A stretch of DNA of 64,000 nucleotides, taken from contig CAVLDN010000003.1 in NCBI GenBank assembly GCA_963661975.1, forward strand, positions 56,323 through 120,322. The letters run 5' to 3'. Positions 37,014 through 48,015 of the stretch are shown here, in pieces; positions within the stretch are counted from its first letter, which is position 1, and each line of letters opens with the position of its first letter. Source of the stretch: a bacterium (GTDB lineage Bacteria > Bacillota > Clostridia > Oscillospirales > CAG-382). Made by a program: the position numbers and the translations under genes. The notes under the pieces are model-generated. The model saw only the letters and a list, made by a program, of their open reading frames with translations. It searched no databases and had not been told where the DNA came from.

Positions 37014-37879
37014 TTCTTTTTGTTCCCGCCCTTTCCTTTAAATCTGAACTTAACGCGGGCAGTTATCGTCTTCTTTTCCTCGCCGATCAACAGCGAAACG
37101 AGATAATCCTCCAGACTCCTGCGCGAAAATCCGCGTTTCAGTTCGCCGTCCAGCGCAACGGATATCACGCCCGTCTCCTCCGAAACCACAAGCACCACCG
37201 CATCGCTGTTTTCGCTCATGCCGATGGCGGCGCGGTGACGGGTGCCGAGCTCCTTGACTATCTCATTGTTTATCGAAAGCGGAAGGAAGCAGCCCGCCGC
37301 GTGTACGCGCCCGTCGCGGATAATGACGGCGCCGTCGTGAAGCGGAGCTTTATTGAAGAATATGTTTCCGAGCAGGAAGGAGGATGTGACGGCATCCACC
37401 ACCGTGCCGGTGCGGATATAATCGCCGAGCTTTGTTCCGCGTTCGAAAACGATCAGTGCGCCCGTCTTGCTTTCCGAAAAGGATTCGGCCGCAACGCAGG
37501 TTTCGCTTATCGCGTTGCGCACGGCGTATTCGGTGTCTGCATCCATCATTCCCTTGAAATTGCGCAGCGATTCGCCGCCCACCTTTTCAAGTGCGCTGCG
37601 AAGCTCCGGCTGGAAAACGATAACTATCGCAATCAAGCCGACGGAGAACAGGTTAGTGAGCAGGAAGTTCAACGCCCTCATATGGAGCAGCGAGCTCAGC
37701 AGCAGCATACCGATAAGTATGATTATACCGACAAGCAGCTTGCCCGCACGCCTTTCCCGCACGAAACGGAAGGTATAGTAAAACAGCAGCGCAACGATAA
37801 GTATATCGATAACATCGATCACGCCGATCCCGGCAAGCTGATTTTTGACATATTCGAAATATTCGAGAATTACATCCAT
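37010..37879 (-). CDS. cdaA: diadenylate cyclase CdaA (DacA)
   Basis: 289 aa with three N-terminal TM helices and DAC motifs GALIVFERG, HDGAVIIRDGRV, GTRHRAA. Confidence 0.95.
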   Translation of the reverse strand: MDVILEYFEYVKNQLAGIGVIDVIDILIVALLFYYTFRFVRERRAGKLLVGIIILIGMLLLSSLLHMRALNFLLTNLFSVGLIAIVIVFQPELRSALEKVGGESLRNFKGMMDADTEYAVRNAISETCVAAESFSESKTGALIVFERGTKLGDYIRTGTVVDAVTSSFLLGNIFFNKAPLHDGAVIIRDGRVHAAGCFLPLSINNEIVKELGTRHRAAIGMSENSDAVVLVVSEETGVISVALDGELKRGFSRRSLEDYLVSLLIGEEKKTITARVKFRFKGKGGNKKK

Positions 37880-37905
37880 TGTGCTTATACTCCGTCATTT
37901 TTGTT

Positions 37906-38499
37906 TTATTTGAAAAAATCCCCGTGCAGAATAAGCTGCTTTATCGCGCTGCCGCGGTGGGAAACGGCGTTTTTCTCCGCCTGTGTCATTTCCGCAAAGG
38001 TCTTTCCGCTTTCGTGCAGGAATATCGGATCATAGCCGAAGCCGTCCGCTCCGCGCGGGGTATCGATTATACTTCCGCGGCTTTCCCCGCGGACGAATAT
38101 TCTTTCGCCGTTCGGCTTGCAGGCGCATACCACGCACACGAACCGCGCCGTGCGCTCCGCGGCGGGGACATTTTCCAGCAGCCCGAGCAGTTTTTTATTG
38201 TTTTCGGCATCGGTTGCGTTTTCGCCCGCGAATCGCGCGGAATAAACGCCGGGTGCGCCGCAAAGCGCGTCTGTTTCAAGCCCGCTGTCATCCGCGACGG
38301 CAATACTCCCCGTAAAATCGCAAAGCGCCTTTGCCTTAATAAAAGCGTTGCCCTCGAAGCTGTCCGCCGTTTCGGCGATATCGCCGGAAAAGCCGACATC
38401 GCGCGGGGTGAGTATCTCGATATCATAACCGTTTTCGGCAAACGCGGCGCGGAACTCCGCGACCTTATGCGCGTTTCCGGTTGCAAGAATTATCTTCAT
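37906..38499 (-). CDS. rdgB: XTP/dITP diphosphatase (RdgB/HAM1 family)
   Basis: ATG 38499 ([12 protein letters not shown]...) follows GAGGAA, just after the ftsY stop. The track start at 38523 overlaps ftsY. Confidence 0.9.
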   Translation of the reverse strand: MKIILATGNAHKVAEFRAAFAENGYDIEILTPRDVGFSGDIAETADSFEGNAFIKAKALCDFTGSIAVADDSGLETDALCGAPGVYSARFAGENATDAENNKKLLGLLENVPAAERTARFVCVVCACKPNGERIFVRGESRGSIIDTPRGADGFGYDPIFLHESGKTFAEMTQAEKNAVSHRGSAIKQLILHGDFFK

Positions 38500-38503
38500 T
38501 GCC

Positions 38504-39412
38504 CTATTCCTCAAAGAAGGCATTGATAAAATCTCTGCCGTCGAACGGGCGAAGATCGTCGATCCCCTCCCCCACGCCGATAAACTTCACCGGAATACCC
38601 AGTGTACGCTTGATGGCAAGGATTATGCCGCCCTTGGCGGTGCCGTCCAGCTTTGTGAGGACAAGCCCGGTTATATGCGCAGCCTTGCCGAATTCGGATG
38701 CCTGTATCAGCGCGTTCTGACCGGTGGAGGCATCCAGCACAAGCAGCGTTTCGCGGCTGCACCCGGGGGCTTCACGGTCGATAACGCGGTTGATCTTCGC
38801 AAGCTCGTCAATAAGGTTTTTCTTGTTGTGAAGCCTGCCCGCCGTATCCACGATCAGCACATCCGCGCCCGCCCTTTTCGCGGCAGCAACGGCATCGAAC
38901 ACCACGGCTGCCGGGTCGGCTCCCTCGTTCTGCCTGATTACAGGCACATCGTTGCGGTCCGCCCATATACAAAGCTGCTCGGCTGCCGCGGCGCGGAAGG
39001 TATCCGCCGCCGCAAGCATGACGCTTTTGCCGCTTTCGCGCAGATAATGCGTTATCTTGCCGATGGAGGTCGTCTTGCCGACACCGTTCACCCCGATAAC
39101 GAGTATGACGTTAAGCCCCGGCTTTATGTCGAGCGTTCCGCCCTCGCCGACACTTTCGGCAAGTATCTCGCGGAATTCCTGCCTTGCAAACGTTGCATCG
39201 CGGATCTTTTTTTCCTTCAAACGCTGCCGCAGATCGTTCACGAGCGCATCGGAGGTTTCCGCCCCGACATCCGCCATTATCAGCAGATCGCACAGTTCCT
39301 CGTAAAAATCGTCATCGACCTTATCGTAGGAGGAAAACAGATCGTTTACCGGCTTCAAAAGAACATCTCGCGTTTTTTTCAGCCCGTCTTTAAGTTTATC
39401 GAAAAAGCTCAT
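38504..39412 (-). CDS. ftsY: signal recognition particle receptor FtsY
   Basis: 302 aa (NG domain only) with [24 protein letters not shown] motifs. Confidence 0.96.
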   Translation of the reverse strand: MSFFDKLKDGLKKTRDVLLKPVNDLFSSYDKVDDDFYEELCDLLIMADVGAETSDALVNDLRQRLKEKKIRDATFARQEFREILAESVGEGGTLDIKPGLNVILVIGVNGVGKTTSIGKITHYLRESGKSVMLAAADTFRAAAAEQLCIWADRNDVPVIRQNEGADPAAVVFDAVAAAKRAGADVLIVDTAGRLHNKKNLIDELAKINRVIDREAPGCSRETLLVLDASTGQNALIQASEFGKAAHITGLVLTKLDGTAKGGIILAIKRTLGIPVKFIGVGEGIDDLRPFDGRDFINAFFEE

Positions 39413-42400
39413 TTTTCAGTATACTCCCTGATATTTTCATCCAACTTCGCCATGTTAAGACGGATATATTCCGAAATGCCCTTCTGACGCATGGTTATGC
39501 CGTATATCGTATCCGCGCGTTCCATTGTTCCGCGGCGGTGCGTGATAAGAATATATTGCGTTTTGTCACTGTTGCGCCGCACATAGGATGCCAGTTTCAC
39601 AACGTTCACCTCATCGAGTGCGCTTTCAATCTCGTCGAAAACGCAGAACGGCGCGGGGTTGACACGCTGCAAAGCAAGGTAAAGCGAAACGGCCGCAAAG
39701 GATTGCTCGCCGCCGGAGAGCAGTGAAATGCTCCTCACGCTCTTGCCCGGCACTTTCAGCACGATATCGATCCCGCATTCGAGCGGGAGCAGCGGGTCGG
39801 TCAGTTCGGCACGGGCACTGCCGCCGCCGAAAAGTTCGCAGAATACGGCGTTGAATTCGGTATTGATTCTGTCGAAGCATTCCAGGAAGGATTCCTTCAT
39901 GCCCGCCTCGAGCTTTGAAATGGTCTTATCCAGCCCGGCGCGTGTCTTATTCAGATCGCCGACCTGCGCGGAAAGGAAGTCGAAGCGTTCCTTTGTCGTG
40001 CGGTATTCCTCAACCGCGTTTACGTTTATAACGCCCATCGAGCGTATCTTTGCTTTGAGTGAGGCAAGCCTTGTCGCCGCCTTATCCATCTTTTCCTTCG
40101 GCAAACGAAGCGGGAGCGCATCCGAATAGGTAAGCTCGTATTCATCCCAAAGCTTGCCGGTGACGGTATCGAATTCGTTGCTCGCGGCGGTCTGCTTCAT
40201 ATCCGCCTCCGTCACGCGGCGGAAGGCATCCTCCTTCGCGGCAAGCGCGGTCTTCTGACGCGCCCGCATTTCAGCAAGTTCGGATTCCTTTTCCTGCCTG
40301 CCGGAAACAAGTGCGGCCGACTTTTTGTCGCATTCCGCGGTGGCTGTATCACATTCGGCACATTCGGCTTCGATAGCGGCTATCTCCCCGCTGCGCTGCT
40401 CGATCGTCGCGGAAGCGCGTTGGAGCGTTTCGTTGCCGGACGCAATCCTTGCTTCAAGCTCGGCGGCGCGGGCTTCGGCGTTATGCTGCCTTTCACAGGC
40501 AACGGAAAGCTCGTTTTTGCAGGAATAAAGCACCATTCGTGCCTCGTTCACGCGGACAAATTCAAGCTCCTCCGCATTTTTCGCACTCTCCGCGGCCGCG
40601 GAAAGAGATGCCTTGTTTTCCTCTGCCGATGCGACTGCCGCAAGCAGCTTTTCCTTGTCGGCTTCAAGCGCTTCGAGTTCGGCGCGGAGGCTTGTGAGCG
40701 CTTCCTCGCCGCCGTGGATTCCGAGTGCGGCGGAGCGTTCGTCGCCGAGCCGTGCGGAGAGCAGTTCCTTTCTTTCGGAAAGCGATGCGATATCCGCATT
40801 GCATTGCGAAAGCGCGATTCGCAGCGCGGCAAGCTCGCCTTCCGCGTTGTCGGCATCGTCCGCGCAGGTTTCCTTTTCCTTTTCGAGCGATTTTATCTTT
40901 TCGTTATGTGTGCGTATTTCCTCCGTGATGCGTTCGATATCCATCGCACGGGTGAACACGCCGACCTTGCCTGCGCTCGAGCCGCCGGTATAGCTGCCGC
41001 CGGCATTGATTATCTGACCGTCCAGCGTGACTATCTTCACACGGAATCCCGTCTTGCGCGCTATGGCGGAGGCGGATTCGATGTTGTCGGCAATTACGGT
41101 TCTGCCGAGAATGTCATTCACGACGCCCTCGAACTTTTTGTCGAACTTGGCAAGCGATGAAGCAATGCCCACATATCCGGGCATATTTTCGATCTGCGAA
41201 ACATCCGCCTTCCTGCCCGAAACGCTTTCGAGCGGAAGGAATGTCGCCCTGCCGAGTTTGTGCTCTTTAAGATACTTTATACACGCCTTTGCATCCGATT
41301 CCTTATCCACCACGATAAACTGCACGGATGCCGCAAGCGCCGTTTCCAAAGCGATGACATATTCGCTGTCGGAGGAAATTATATTGGAAACGGTGCCGTA
41401 CAGACCGACCTTTTTGCCGCCGGAGAGCACCTTCCCGGAATTTACGTCATTTACTATCCGCTTTACGCTTTCGGAATAGCCTTCGAGCAGCGATTCAAGC
41501 CGCGAAAGCTGATCGCGTTTCTGAAAAAGTCCCGTCACGGCAATGCGTTCGGCGGTTATGGCTTCCACCGTGCGGTCGAGCCGAGAAGCGAACAATGCTC
41601 TGTCCGCGTCGACGGTGATAAGCTTTGTCTGTGTTTCTCCGCGGCGGGCTACGGCTTCGTCATACGCCTTTTCCGCGCGGGAAAGCTCGCCTTCAAGTGC
41701 GTGTATGCGTTCGTTCGCGGCGGCAAGCCTGCCTGCGTTTTCGGTCGCGGCGCGGGTTTCCGCCTCCAGGGAAGCGTTCACCGCGGCAAGCTTTGTTTCG
41801 TTGCGGCTCTTTTCGGAATTGAGCACCGCGAGAGCGCCGTCCGCCCGTTCCAGCTCCTTTTCCGCGGAAGCGCATGCGTTTCTTGCGGATTCATAGGATT
41901 TTTCGAGCTGTTCACAGCTTTCGCTTGCGGCGGAAAGCTTTGCTTCCGCCTCGGTACGCGCCGCCGCACTCGCCGCAAGGCTTGCATCGTTTGCGGCCTT
42001 TTCGGTTTTTGCCGCTTCCGCGGCGGCGACAGCATCCTCCATGGCCGCACGGGCGTGCGTTATATCGTTTTCGCAGACGGCCTTTCGCCCTTCGGCGACC
42101 GTCTTTCTCTGTATGGCTTCGCCCTTTTCGCGTTCGCATTCGGCAACCGCGCGTGATATTTCATAGCTTTCGTTCAGAAGCCGGTCTGTCGCCGTATCGT
42201 ACTGCGCCGCCTGCATTTCGGCGGCTTCGAGCTCGGTTTTTGCCTCGGCAAGAGCGGTTTCGCTTTCGGCGCGCCTTTCGCGCAGAAGGTCTATCCTGTC
42301 CAGCCAGAGGGTTATTTCTATGCCCTTCTTTTCCTCGCTCAAAACAAGGTACTGCTTCGCGTTTTCGGCTTCCTTTTCGAGCGGGCCGACACGCGCGGAT

Positions 42401-43071
42401 ATTTCGGAAAGAATATCCTCCACGCGCACGAGATTCGCCTCGGTATCGCGCAGTTTGCGCTCCGCTTCCAGCTTTTTGTAGCGTATCTTGGAAATGCCCG
42501 CCGCTTCCTCGAAAATGCTGCGGCGTTCGTCGTCCTTCTGCGAAAGCACCTCCGCGATCCTGCCCTGACCGATGACCGAATAGCCCTCTCTGCCGATGCC
42601 GGTATCGTAAAACAGCTCGTAGATATCTTTCAGACGAACCTGCTTTTTGTTTATGTAATACTCGCTTTCGCCGCTGCGATAAAGCTTGCGCGTTACCGTC
42701 ACCTCCGGCAGGGAGGAAAGCGAAAACTCCTTTTTTTCGTTTCCGTCGCTTGTTTCCTCCTGCTCTTCCGGAGCAACGAGCGTCATATTATTGGCGCGGT
42801 TGTATTCCTCCTCCGTATCGATCACGAGAGAAACGGAGGCGCAGTTCGCGGCGGCGCGGCTCGCCGTGCCGTTGAAGATAACATCTTCCATACGGCTTCC
42901 GCGCAGGGATTTTGCGCTCATTTCGCCGAGAACCCAGCGAATCGCATCCGAAATATTCGATTTTCCGCTCCCGTTGGGACCGATTATCGCGGTCACACCG
43001 CTGTCAAAGTTTATGCGGGTCTTGTCCGGAAAGGACTTGAAGCCCTGCATTTCAATGGCTTTCAAGCGCAT
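39409..43071 (-). CDS. smc: chromosome segregation protein SMC
   Basis: 1220 aa with Walker A GPNGSGKSN, long Ala/Glu-rich coiled coils, a hinge, signature LLSGGEQSF and Walker B FCVFDEIESALD. Confidence 0.97.
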   Translation of the reverse strand: MRLKAIEMQGFKSFPDKTRINFDSGVTAIIGPNGSGKSNISDAIRWVLGEMSAKSLRGSRMEDVIFNGTASRAAANCASVSLVIDTEEEYNRANNMTLVAPEEQEETSDGNEKKEFSLSSLPEVTVTRKLYRSGESEYYINKKQVRLKDIYELFYDTGIGREGYSVIGQGRIAEVLSQKDDERRSIFEEAAGISKIRYKKLEAERKLRDTEANLVRVEDILSEISARVGPLEKEAENAKQYLVLSEEKKGIEITLWLDRIDLLRERRAESETALAEAKTELEAAEMQAAQYDTATDRLLNESYEISRAVAECEREKGEAIQRKTVAEGRKAVCENDITHARAAMEDAVAAAEAAKTEKAANDASLAASAAARTEAEAKLSAASESCEQLEKSYESARNACASAEKELERADGALAVLNSEKSRNETKLAAVNASLEAETRAATENAGRLAAANERIHALEGELSRAEKAYDEAVARRGETQTKLITVDADRALFASRLDRTVEAITAERIAVTGLFQKRDQLSRLESLLEGYSESVKRIVNDVNSGKVLSGGKKVGLYGTVSNIISSDSEYVIALETALAASVQFIVVDKESDAKACIKYLKEHKLGRATFLPLESVSGRKADVSQIENMPGYVGIASSLAKFDKKFEGVVNDILGRTVIADNIESASAIARKTGFRVKIVTLDGQIINAGGSYTGGSSAGKVGVFTRAMDIERITEEIRTHNEKIKSLEKEKETCADDADNAEGELAALRIALSQCNADIASLSERKELLSARLGDERSAALGIHGGEEALTSLRAELEALEADKEKLLAAVASAEENKASLSAAAESAKNAEELEFVRVNEARMVLYSCKNELSVACERQHNAEARAAELEARIASGNETLQRASATIEQRSGEIAAIEAECAECDTATAECDKKSAALVSGRQEKESELAEMRARQKTALAAKEDAFRRVTEADMKQTAASNEFDTVTGKLWDEYELTYSDALPLRLPKEKMDKAATRLASLKAKIRSMGVINVNAVEEYRTTKERFDFLSAQVGDLNKTRAGLDKTISKLEAGMKESFLECFDRINTEFNAVFCELFGGGSARAELTDPLLPLECGIDIVLKVPGKSVRSISLLSGGEQSFAAVSLYLALQRVNPAPFCVFDEIESALDEVNVVKLASYVRRNSDKTQYILITHRRGTMERADTIYGITMRQKGISEYIRLNMAKLDENIREYTEK

Positions 43072-43072
43072 A

Positions 43073-44083
43073 TTATTTTACACTCCCGAAATTTATAAGT
43101 GGGTCGAAGCGTTTTCTGTCGCCGCCGATCACCTTCACGGAGGCGGCATTTGTCGCAGATTCGATTGCCTTTATCGCCCTGCCGCCGTGGCCGCAGAGCA
43201 TGGATATATCGCTTTTTTTCACTGTTATTTCAAGCACCCTTCCGCCTGCATCGCCGACGCGTTCGGAAATAATATCGGCATATACCTGCCCCTGAACAAG
43301 CTCGCCGATGGAGGGGTGTGTCGCACCGAAGGGCGCGGAAACCGTTTCCTCGCTCGCGTGGAGACCGACGCGAAGCACCTTGACTCCGGAATCGGAGAAC
43401 ACGCGGAAGCAGGAAGCGCTTCTCACCACGGCTTTCTCATCCGATATGGGCGTATACTCGCCCGATATTGCCATACGGTAAAGTTCCGTTCCGGCAAAGA
43501 CGACCGTCGGATATATCCGCGATTCGCGGGCACCCATGGCGACAATGTCGCGTGCGGTCGCAAGCTCGCTTTCCGGCGTTGCGCCCGGAAGCCCGACCAT
43601 CATCTGCCCGCCGAGCGTGAACCCGCGCCCGGTTATCAGTTCCGCGGCGCGGAAGGAGCATTTCGCATCATGCCCACGCCCCGAAGCGGCAAGGACCTTA
43701 TCATCCGTGCTCTGTATGCCGAGCTCGATATCGCAAACCCCGTACTCCGCAAGCAGTGAAAGTATTTCTTCGTTTATGCAATCCGGTCGGGTGGATATCC
43801 TGATGCCCGAAGCAATGCCCTTTTTTATGTATTCATACGCCTTGGCAAGCAGGCGTTCCATCCGTTCCCGCGGGATGGCGGTGAAGCTCCCGCCAAAGAA
43901 GGCGATGCGGCTTTCGCGTCCGTCGTGCGGGGTGTTTTCCAGCAGCGCCTCCAGGGCTTTCAGCTCGCAGGTGTTATCCTCCTCGATGCTCTGCCCGGTG
44001 ATTTTTTCCTGTGCGCAGAAAACGCAGCGGTTCGGACAGCCGGCAAACGGGACGAAAAACGGTATATTGCGATGATCACCCAT
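43073..44083 (-). CDS. radical SAM protein (ELP3-like N-terminal domain family, function unknown)
   Basis: CxxxCxxC motif FAGCPNRCVFCAQ. Conserved position between rnc and smc in Clostridia. The start may be ATG 44083, TTG 44086 or GTG 44092; all overlap the rnc stop. Confidence 0.8.
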   Translation of the reverse strand: MGDHRNIPFFVPFAGCPNRCVFCAQEKITGQSIEEDNTCELKALEALLENTPHDGRESRIAFFGGSFTAIPRERMERLLAKAYEYIKKGIASGIRISTRPDCINEEILSLLAEYGVCDIELGIQSTDDKVLAASGRGHDAKCSFRAAELITGRGFTLGGQMMVGLPGATPESELATARDIVAMGARESRIYPTVVFAGTELYRMAISGEYTPISDEKAVVRSASCFRVFSDSGVKVLRVGLHASEETVSAPFGATHPSIGELVQGQVYADIISERVGDAGGRVLEITVKKSDISMLCGHGGRAIKAIESATNAASVKVIGGDRKRFDPLINFGSVK

Positions 44084-44783
44084 CAAGTTCACCCAGAGTT
44101 ACAAGCGCCTCACGCGCGGCCGCCTGTTCCGCCTCGCGCTTGGAATGCCCCTTGCCGGAGCCCAGCAGATTGGAATTCAGATAAACCTCATAGCCGAAGG
44201 TTCGGTCGTGGGGCGGCCCCTCCTCGCTTGCCTGCTTATATGTAAGTGTTTCCTCCGGTGTCTGCTGAACGATCCTTTGCAGGCGGGATTTGAAATCCTC
44301 CGTTCCGTTCTTCACAACCGAATCGAGCATACCGGATATAAACGGAAGCACGAATTTTTTCGCTTCATCCATGCCGCCGTCCAAATATATTGCGGCAATA
44401 AGCGCCTCGAACGCATCCGCGATAATGCTTTTGCGGTGTCTGCCGCCGACGGATGTCGCCTCTCCGTGCCCGAAGAACATATAATCGCCGAGCGAAAGGC
44501 TTGAAGAAAATGTCGCAAGCGCATCCTCGCACACAAGCGCGGCGCGGGTTCTGGTAAGGAAGCCCTCATCCGCTTCCGGAAACTTGCAAAACAGAAATTC
44601 CGCGGTTATCACCGAAAGCACCGAATCGCCCAGAAACTCGCTGCGCTCGTTACATTCCGTGCAGCCCTTGCGGCGATTTTCGTTGCAATAAGAGGAATGT
44701 GTCAGCGCAACCGTCAGCAGCCTCCGATCACGGAAGGTGTATTCGATCTTTTCTTCAAGCAGCGCCATATCCTTTTCCGCCAT
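44076..44783 (-). CDS. rnc: ribonuclease III
   Basis: ATG 44783 has GGTGAGGA 5 nt upstream. Signature ERSEFLGDSVL and a C-terminal dsRBD. Confidence 0.95.
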   Translation of the reverse strand: MAEKDMALLEEKIEYTFRDRRLLTVALTHSSYCNENRRKGCTECNERSEFLGDSVLSVITAEFLFCKFPEADEGFLTRTRAALVCEDALATFSSSLSLGDYMFFGHGEATSVGGRHRKSIIADAFEALIAAIYLDGGMDEAKKFVLPFISGMLDSVVKNGTEDFKSRLQRIVQQTPEETLTYKQASEEGPPHDRTFGYEVYLNSNLLGSGKGHSKREAEQAAAREALVTLGELDG

Positions 44784-44784
44784 A

Positions 44785-45780
44785 TTATTCCTCACCGACC
44801 TTTCTCATTTCGGCACCTATCGTTTCGATCGCACCGCAGGATGCATATCCGTATGCCTGCAATACAGCGGAACGGAAGGCGTGCGCATCCGAACTGCCGT
44901 GCGCCTTTATTACCGGCTTCGCCAGACCGAGGAACGGCGCTCCGCCGTATTCGGAAGGATCGAGCCGCTTTTTGAGCGCGTCCGTTTGCTTCTTTGTCGC
45001 AAGCCCGCAAAGCTTTGTGAGCGCGTTTGCGTAAAAAATACCTTTTATGGTGGAGGACATGAATTTGCCCATGCCCTCGATGGTTTTGAGCGCGATATTA
45101 CCGGTGAACCCGTCGCAGACTATAACATCCGCCGCGCCGAACGGCAGTGATTTTCCCTCGCAATTGCCGATAAAATTTATGCTTTTGTCCGCTGAAAGAA
45201 GCTCATAAGCACCGTAATAAAGCGGAGTTCCCTTGTGCGGCTCCGTCCCGTTGTTGAGCAAAGCTACCCGCGGCGAAGCGGTTTTGAGTACATTTTCGGC
45301 ATAGACCGAGCCCATTTTTGCATAAAGGCGGAGTATTTCCGGCGTTGCATCGAGGTTCGCCCCGCAATCAAGCAGCAAAAACGGCTTTTCAAGCGGAACG
45401 ACCGAGCAAAGCGCCGCACGGCGCACGCCTTTTATACGGCGGATTATCAGCGAGGATGCCGTAAACAGCGCACCGGTGTTGCCCGCGCTCACGACGGCAT
45501 CGGCTTCACCGTCGCGGCAGAGCCGCGCGGCGACACACATGGATGAATTCTTCTTTTCCTTCATCACGCAGCCGGGATCATCCGTCATCACGACATAATC
45601 CTCGGCATTGACATATTCCGCGCCGGACGGCAGCGTGCCGATCTCGCCGCGTGCCTGCTCCGTGCCGACAAGTATCGTTTTTATATCCGCCTCCGCGGCA
45701 GCCTGTGCCGCTCCGCGGGCAAGTTCGATCGGCGGACGGTCGCAGCCCATTATATCGACGGCTATTGTGATCCTGCTCAT
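44785..45780 (-). CDS. plsX: phosphate acyltransferase PlsX
   Basis: 331 aa; the N-terminus ITIAVDIMGCDRPP and overall pattern are typical of PlsX. Confidence 0.95.
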   Translation of the reverse strand: MSRITIAVDIMGCDRPPIELARGAAQAAAEADIKTILVGTEQARGEIGTLPSGAEYVNAEDYVVMTDDPGCVMKEKKNSSMCVAARLCRDGEADAVVSAGNTGALFTASSLIIRRIKGVRRAALCSVVPLEKPFLLLDCGANLDATPEILRLYAKMGSVYAENVLKTASPRVALLNNGTEPHKGTPLYYGAYELLSADKSINFIGNCEGKSLPFGAADVIVCDGFTGNIALKTIEGMGKFMSSTIKGIFYANALTKLCGLATKKQTDALKKRLDPSEYGGAPFLGLAKPVIKAHGSSDAHAFRSAVLQAYGYASCGAIETIGAEMRKVGEE

Positions 45781-48005
45781 TTACCCTCGCTCCATCCGCA
45801 ATTATTCTTGCAATAGTATACTTCGCGGTTTTTCTTTTTCAGCACCGGTGCGCCGCACTGAGGGCAACGGCGGTCGGTGGGAATATCCCACGAGGAAAAC
45901 GAGCATTCTGGATAATCCTCGCAGCAATAATATGTTTTGCGGCTCTTTGTCTGCTTTATCATTATCCGTTTGCCGCATTCGGGGCAGGCTATGCCGCTGT
46001 CGCGGCGGTAGGGGATTGCCGTCTTGCATTCCGGATAGTTGCGGCAGGCAAAGAAATTGCCGTGCGGCCCCTTGCGCAGCACCATATCGCTGCCGCATTT
46101 CGGGCATTTTTCATCGGCGATGATCTCCTGTGCGGGCTTCTTTTCCTCGCCCTTTGAGGTGCTTTCCGGCTCCAACCGTTTTGTATTGCGGCAGCGCGGG
46201 TAATTCGGGCAGGCGGCGAATTTACCGTAACGCCCTGTCTTTTCGATCATCATTGCGCCGCATTTTTCGCATATTATGCCGGTTTCCACCTTCGGCAGCT
46301 CGACCTTTTCGCTTCCCAATGTCTTTTCGGCGGCATCGAGCTCCTCGCTGAACTGAGCGTAAAACTCACGCAGAGTATCGAGATAATTCTTTTCGCCGGA
46401 TTCGATCTCATCGAGATCCTCTTCCATATCGGCGGTAAAGTTGTAATCCACAATGCGCGAAAACGCTTTTTTCATCATGTCCGTGGTGATGTAGCCGAGC
46501 TCCGTCGGGGCAAGGAATTTGCCCTCGCGGCGGATATACCCGCGGGAAATGATGGTGGTTATCGTAGGTGTGTAGGTGGAAGGTCTGCCGATACCCTTAT
46601 CCTTCATCGTCTTGATGAGCGAACCTTCGGTAAACCTTGCGGGCGCCTGTGTGAAATGCTGCTGCGGATCAACATCCGTGCAGGAAAGATTTTCGCCTTC
46701 CGCAACGGGCGGAAGTTCGGAATTTTCTTCGTTTCCTTCGTCGTTTTCATCGGCATATACGGCGGAATAGCCGCGGAAGCGCACCGTATGTCCGGATGCG
46801 CGGAACTGCCACGGGCCGGATTCGATTTCGGCGGAAACGGTATCCATCACGCAGTTTGCCATCTGCGAAGCGATGAAGCGTTCCCAGATGAGCCTGTAAA
46901 GACGGTACTGATCGCTGCTGACCTTGCCGCGGATGGATTCCGGAGTTATGGACGGATCGGAGGGGCGTATCGCCTCGTGCGCATCCTGCGCATTCTTTTC
47001 CGCCTTGTAGATATTCGGTGTTTCGGGGTAATAATCCGCGCCGTACATGGAAACGATGACATCCTTCGCCGCGGCGCGTGCTTCATCGGAAATACGGAGC
47101 GAGTCGGTACGCATATATGTGATAAGACCGTGGGTGCTCTTTTCGCCGATATTGACACCCTCGTAAAGCTCCTGCGCGATCATCATGGTGCGCTGTGTCT
47201 GGAACGAAAGCCTGCGGTTTGCCTCCTGCAAAAGCGTGCTTGTGATAAACGGCGGTGCGGGACGGCGGTTTTTGAGTGCGCGCTTCACGCCGGTAACACG
47301 GTAATCCGTTTCGAGCGCGGAAAGAACCTCATCCACATCATCGCGGCAGGTAAGTTCCTTCTTCTTGCCGCCGGCGCCGAAGAAACGTGCCTTGAAGCTG
47401 CCGCCCGAAACGGCGTTCAGCGTTGCGGTTATATCCCAGTATTCCTCGGGCTTGAAGGCGTTTATCTCCTCCTCGCGCTCGACGATAAGTCGCGTTGTAA
47501 CGGACTGCACACGTCCGGCGGAAAGTCCGTTTTTGATATGATGCCACAGAAAAGGGCTTATCTTATAACCGACAAGCCGGTCGAGTATACGCCTTGTCTG
47601 CTGGCTGTTGACAAGGTTCATGTCGATATCGCGCGGGTGCTTGATCGCATCCTTCACCGTGTTCTTCGTGACCTCGTTGAAGGTAATTCTCTTTATCTTT
47701 GCGGGATCGACATTCAATACCGCCGCAAGGTGCCAGCTTATGGCTTCGCCCTCGCGGTCCGGGTCGGCTGCAAGAAATATGCGGTCAGCTGCCTTGGCAT
47801 CCTTGCGGAGCTCGTTTATCAGCTCGCCCTTGCCGCGTATGTTGATATATTGCGGTTCGAAATCGTGTTTGACATCGATCCCGAGTTTGCTTTTCGGAAG
47901 ATCCCTTACATGGCCCTTCGAAAACTTTACCTTATAGCCCTTGCCGAGAAAGCCGTTGATTGTCTTTGCCTTGCTCGGTGATTCGACGATTACAAGTGTG
48001 TTCAT
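45777..48005 (-). CDS. topA: DNA topoisomerase I
   Basis: 742 aa with TOPRIM (LVIVESPSKAKTI), a Tyr active-site region and several C-terminal CxxC...CxxC zinc ribbons. Confidence 0.97.
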   Translation of the reverse strand: MNTLVIVESPSKAKTINGFLGKGYKVKFSKGHVRDLPKSKLGIDVKHDFEPQYINIRGKGELINELRKDAKAADRIFLAADPDREGEAISWHLAAVLNVDPAKIKRITFNEVTKNTVKDAIKHPRDIDMNLVNSQQTRRILDRLVGYKISPFLWHHIKNGLSAGRVQSVTTRLIVEREEEINAFKPEEYWDITATLNAVSGGSFKARFFGAGGKKKELTCRDDVDEVLSALETDYRVTGVKRALKNRRPAPPFITSTLLQEANRRLSFQTQRTMMIAQELYEGVNIGEKSTHGLITYMRTDSLRISDEARAAAKDVIVSMYGADYYPETPNIYKAEKNAQDAHEAIRPSDPSITPESIRGKVSSDQYRLYRLIWERFIASQMANCVMDTVSAEIESGPWQFRASGHTVRFRGYSAVYADENDEGNEENSELPPVAEGENLSCTDVDPQQHFTQAPARFTEGSLIKTMKDKGIGRPSTYTPTITTIISRGYIRREGKFLAPTELGYITTDMMKKAFSRIVDYNFTADMEEDLDEIESGEKNYLDTLREFYAQFSEELDAAEKTLGSEKVELPKVETGIICEKCGAMMIEKTGRYGKFAACPNYPRCRNTKRLEPESTSKGEEKKPAQEIIADEKCPKCGSDMVLRKGPHGNFFACRNYPECKTAIPYRRDSGIACPECGKRIMIKQTKSRKTYYCCEDYPECSFSSWDIPTDRRCPQCGAPVLKKKNREVYYCKNNCGWSEGK

Positions 48006-48015
48006 CAGATGCTCC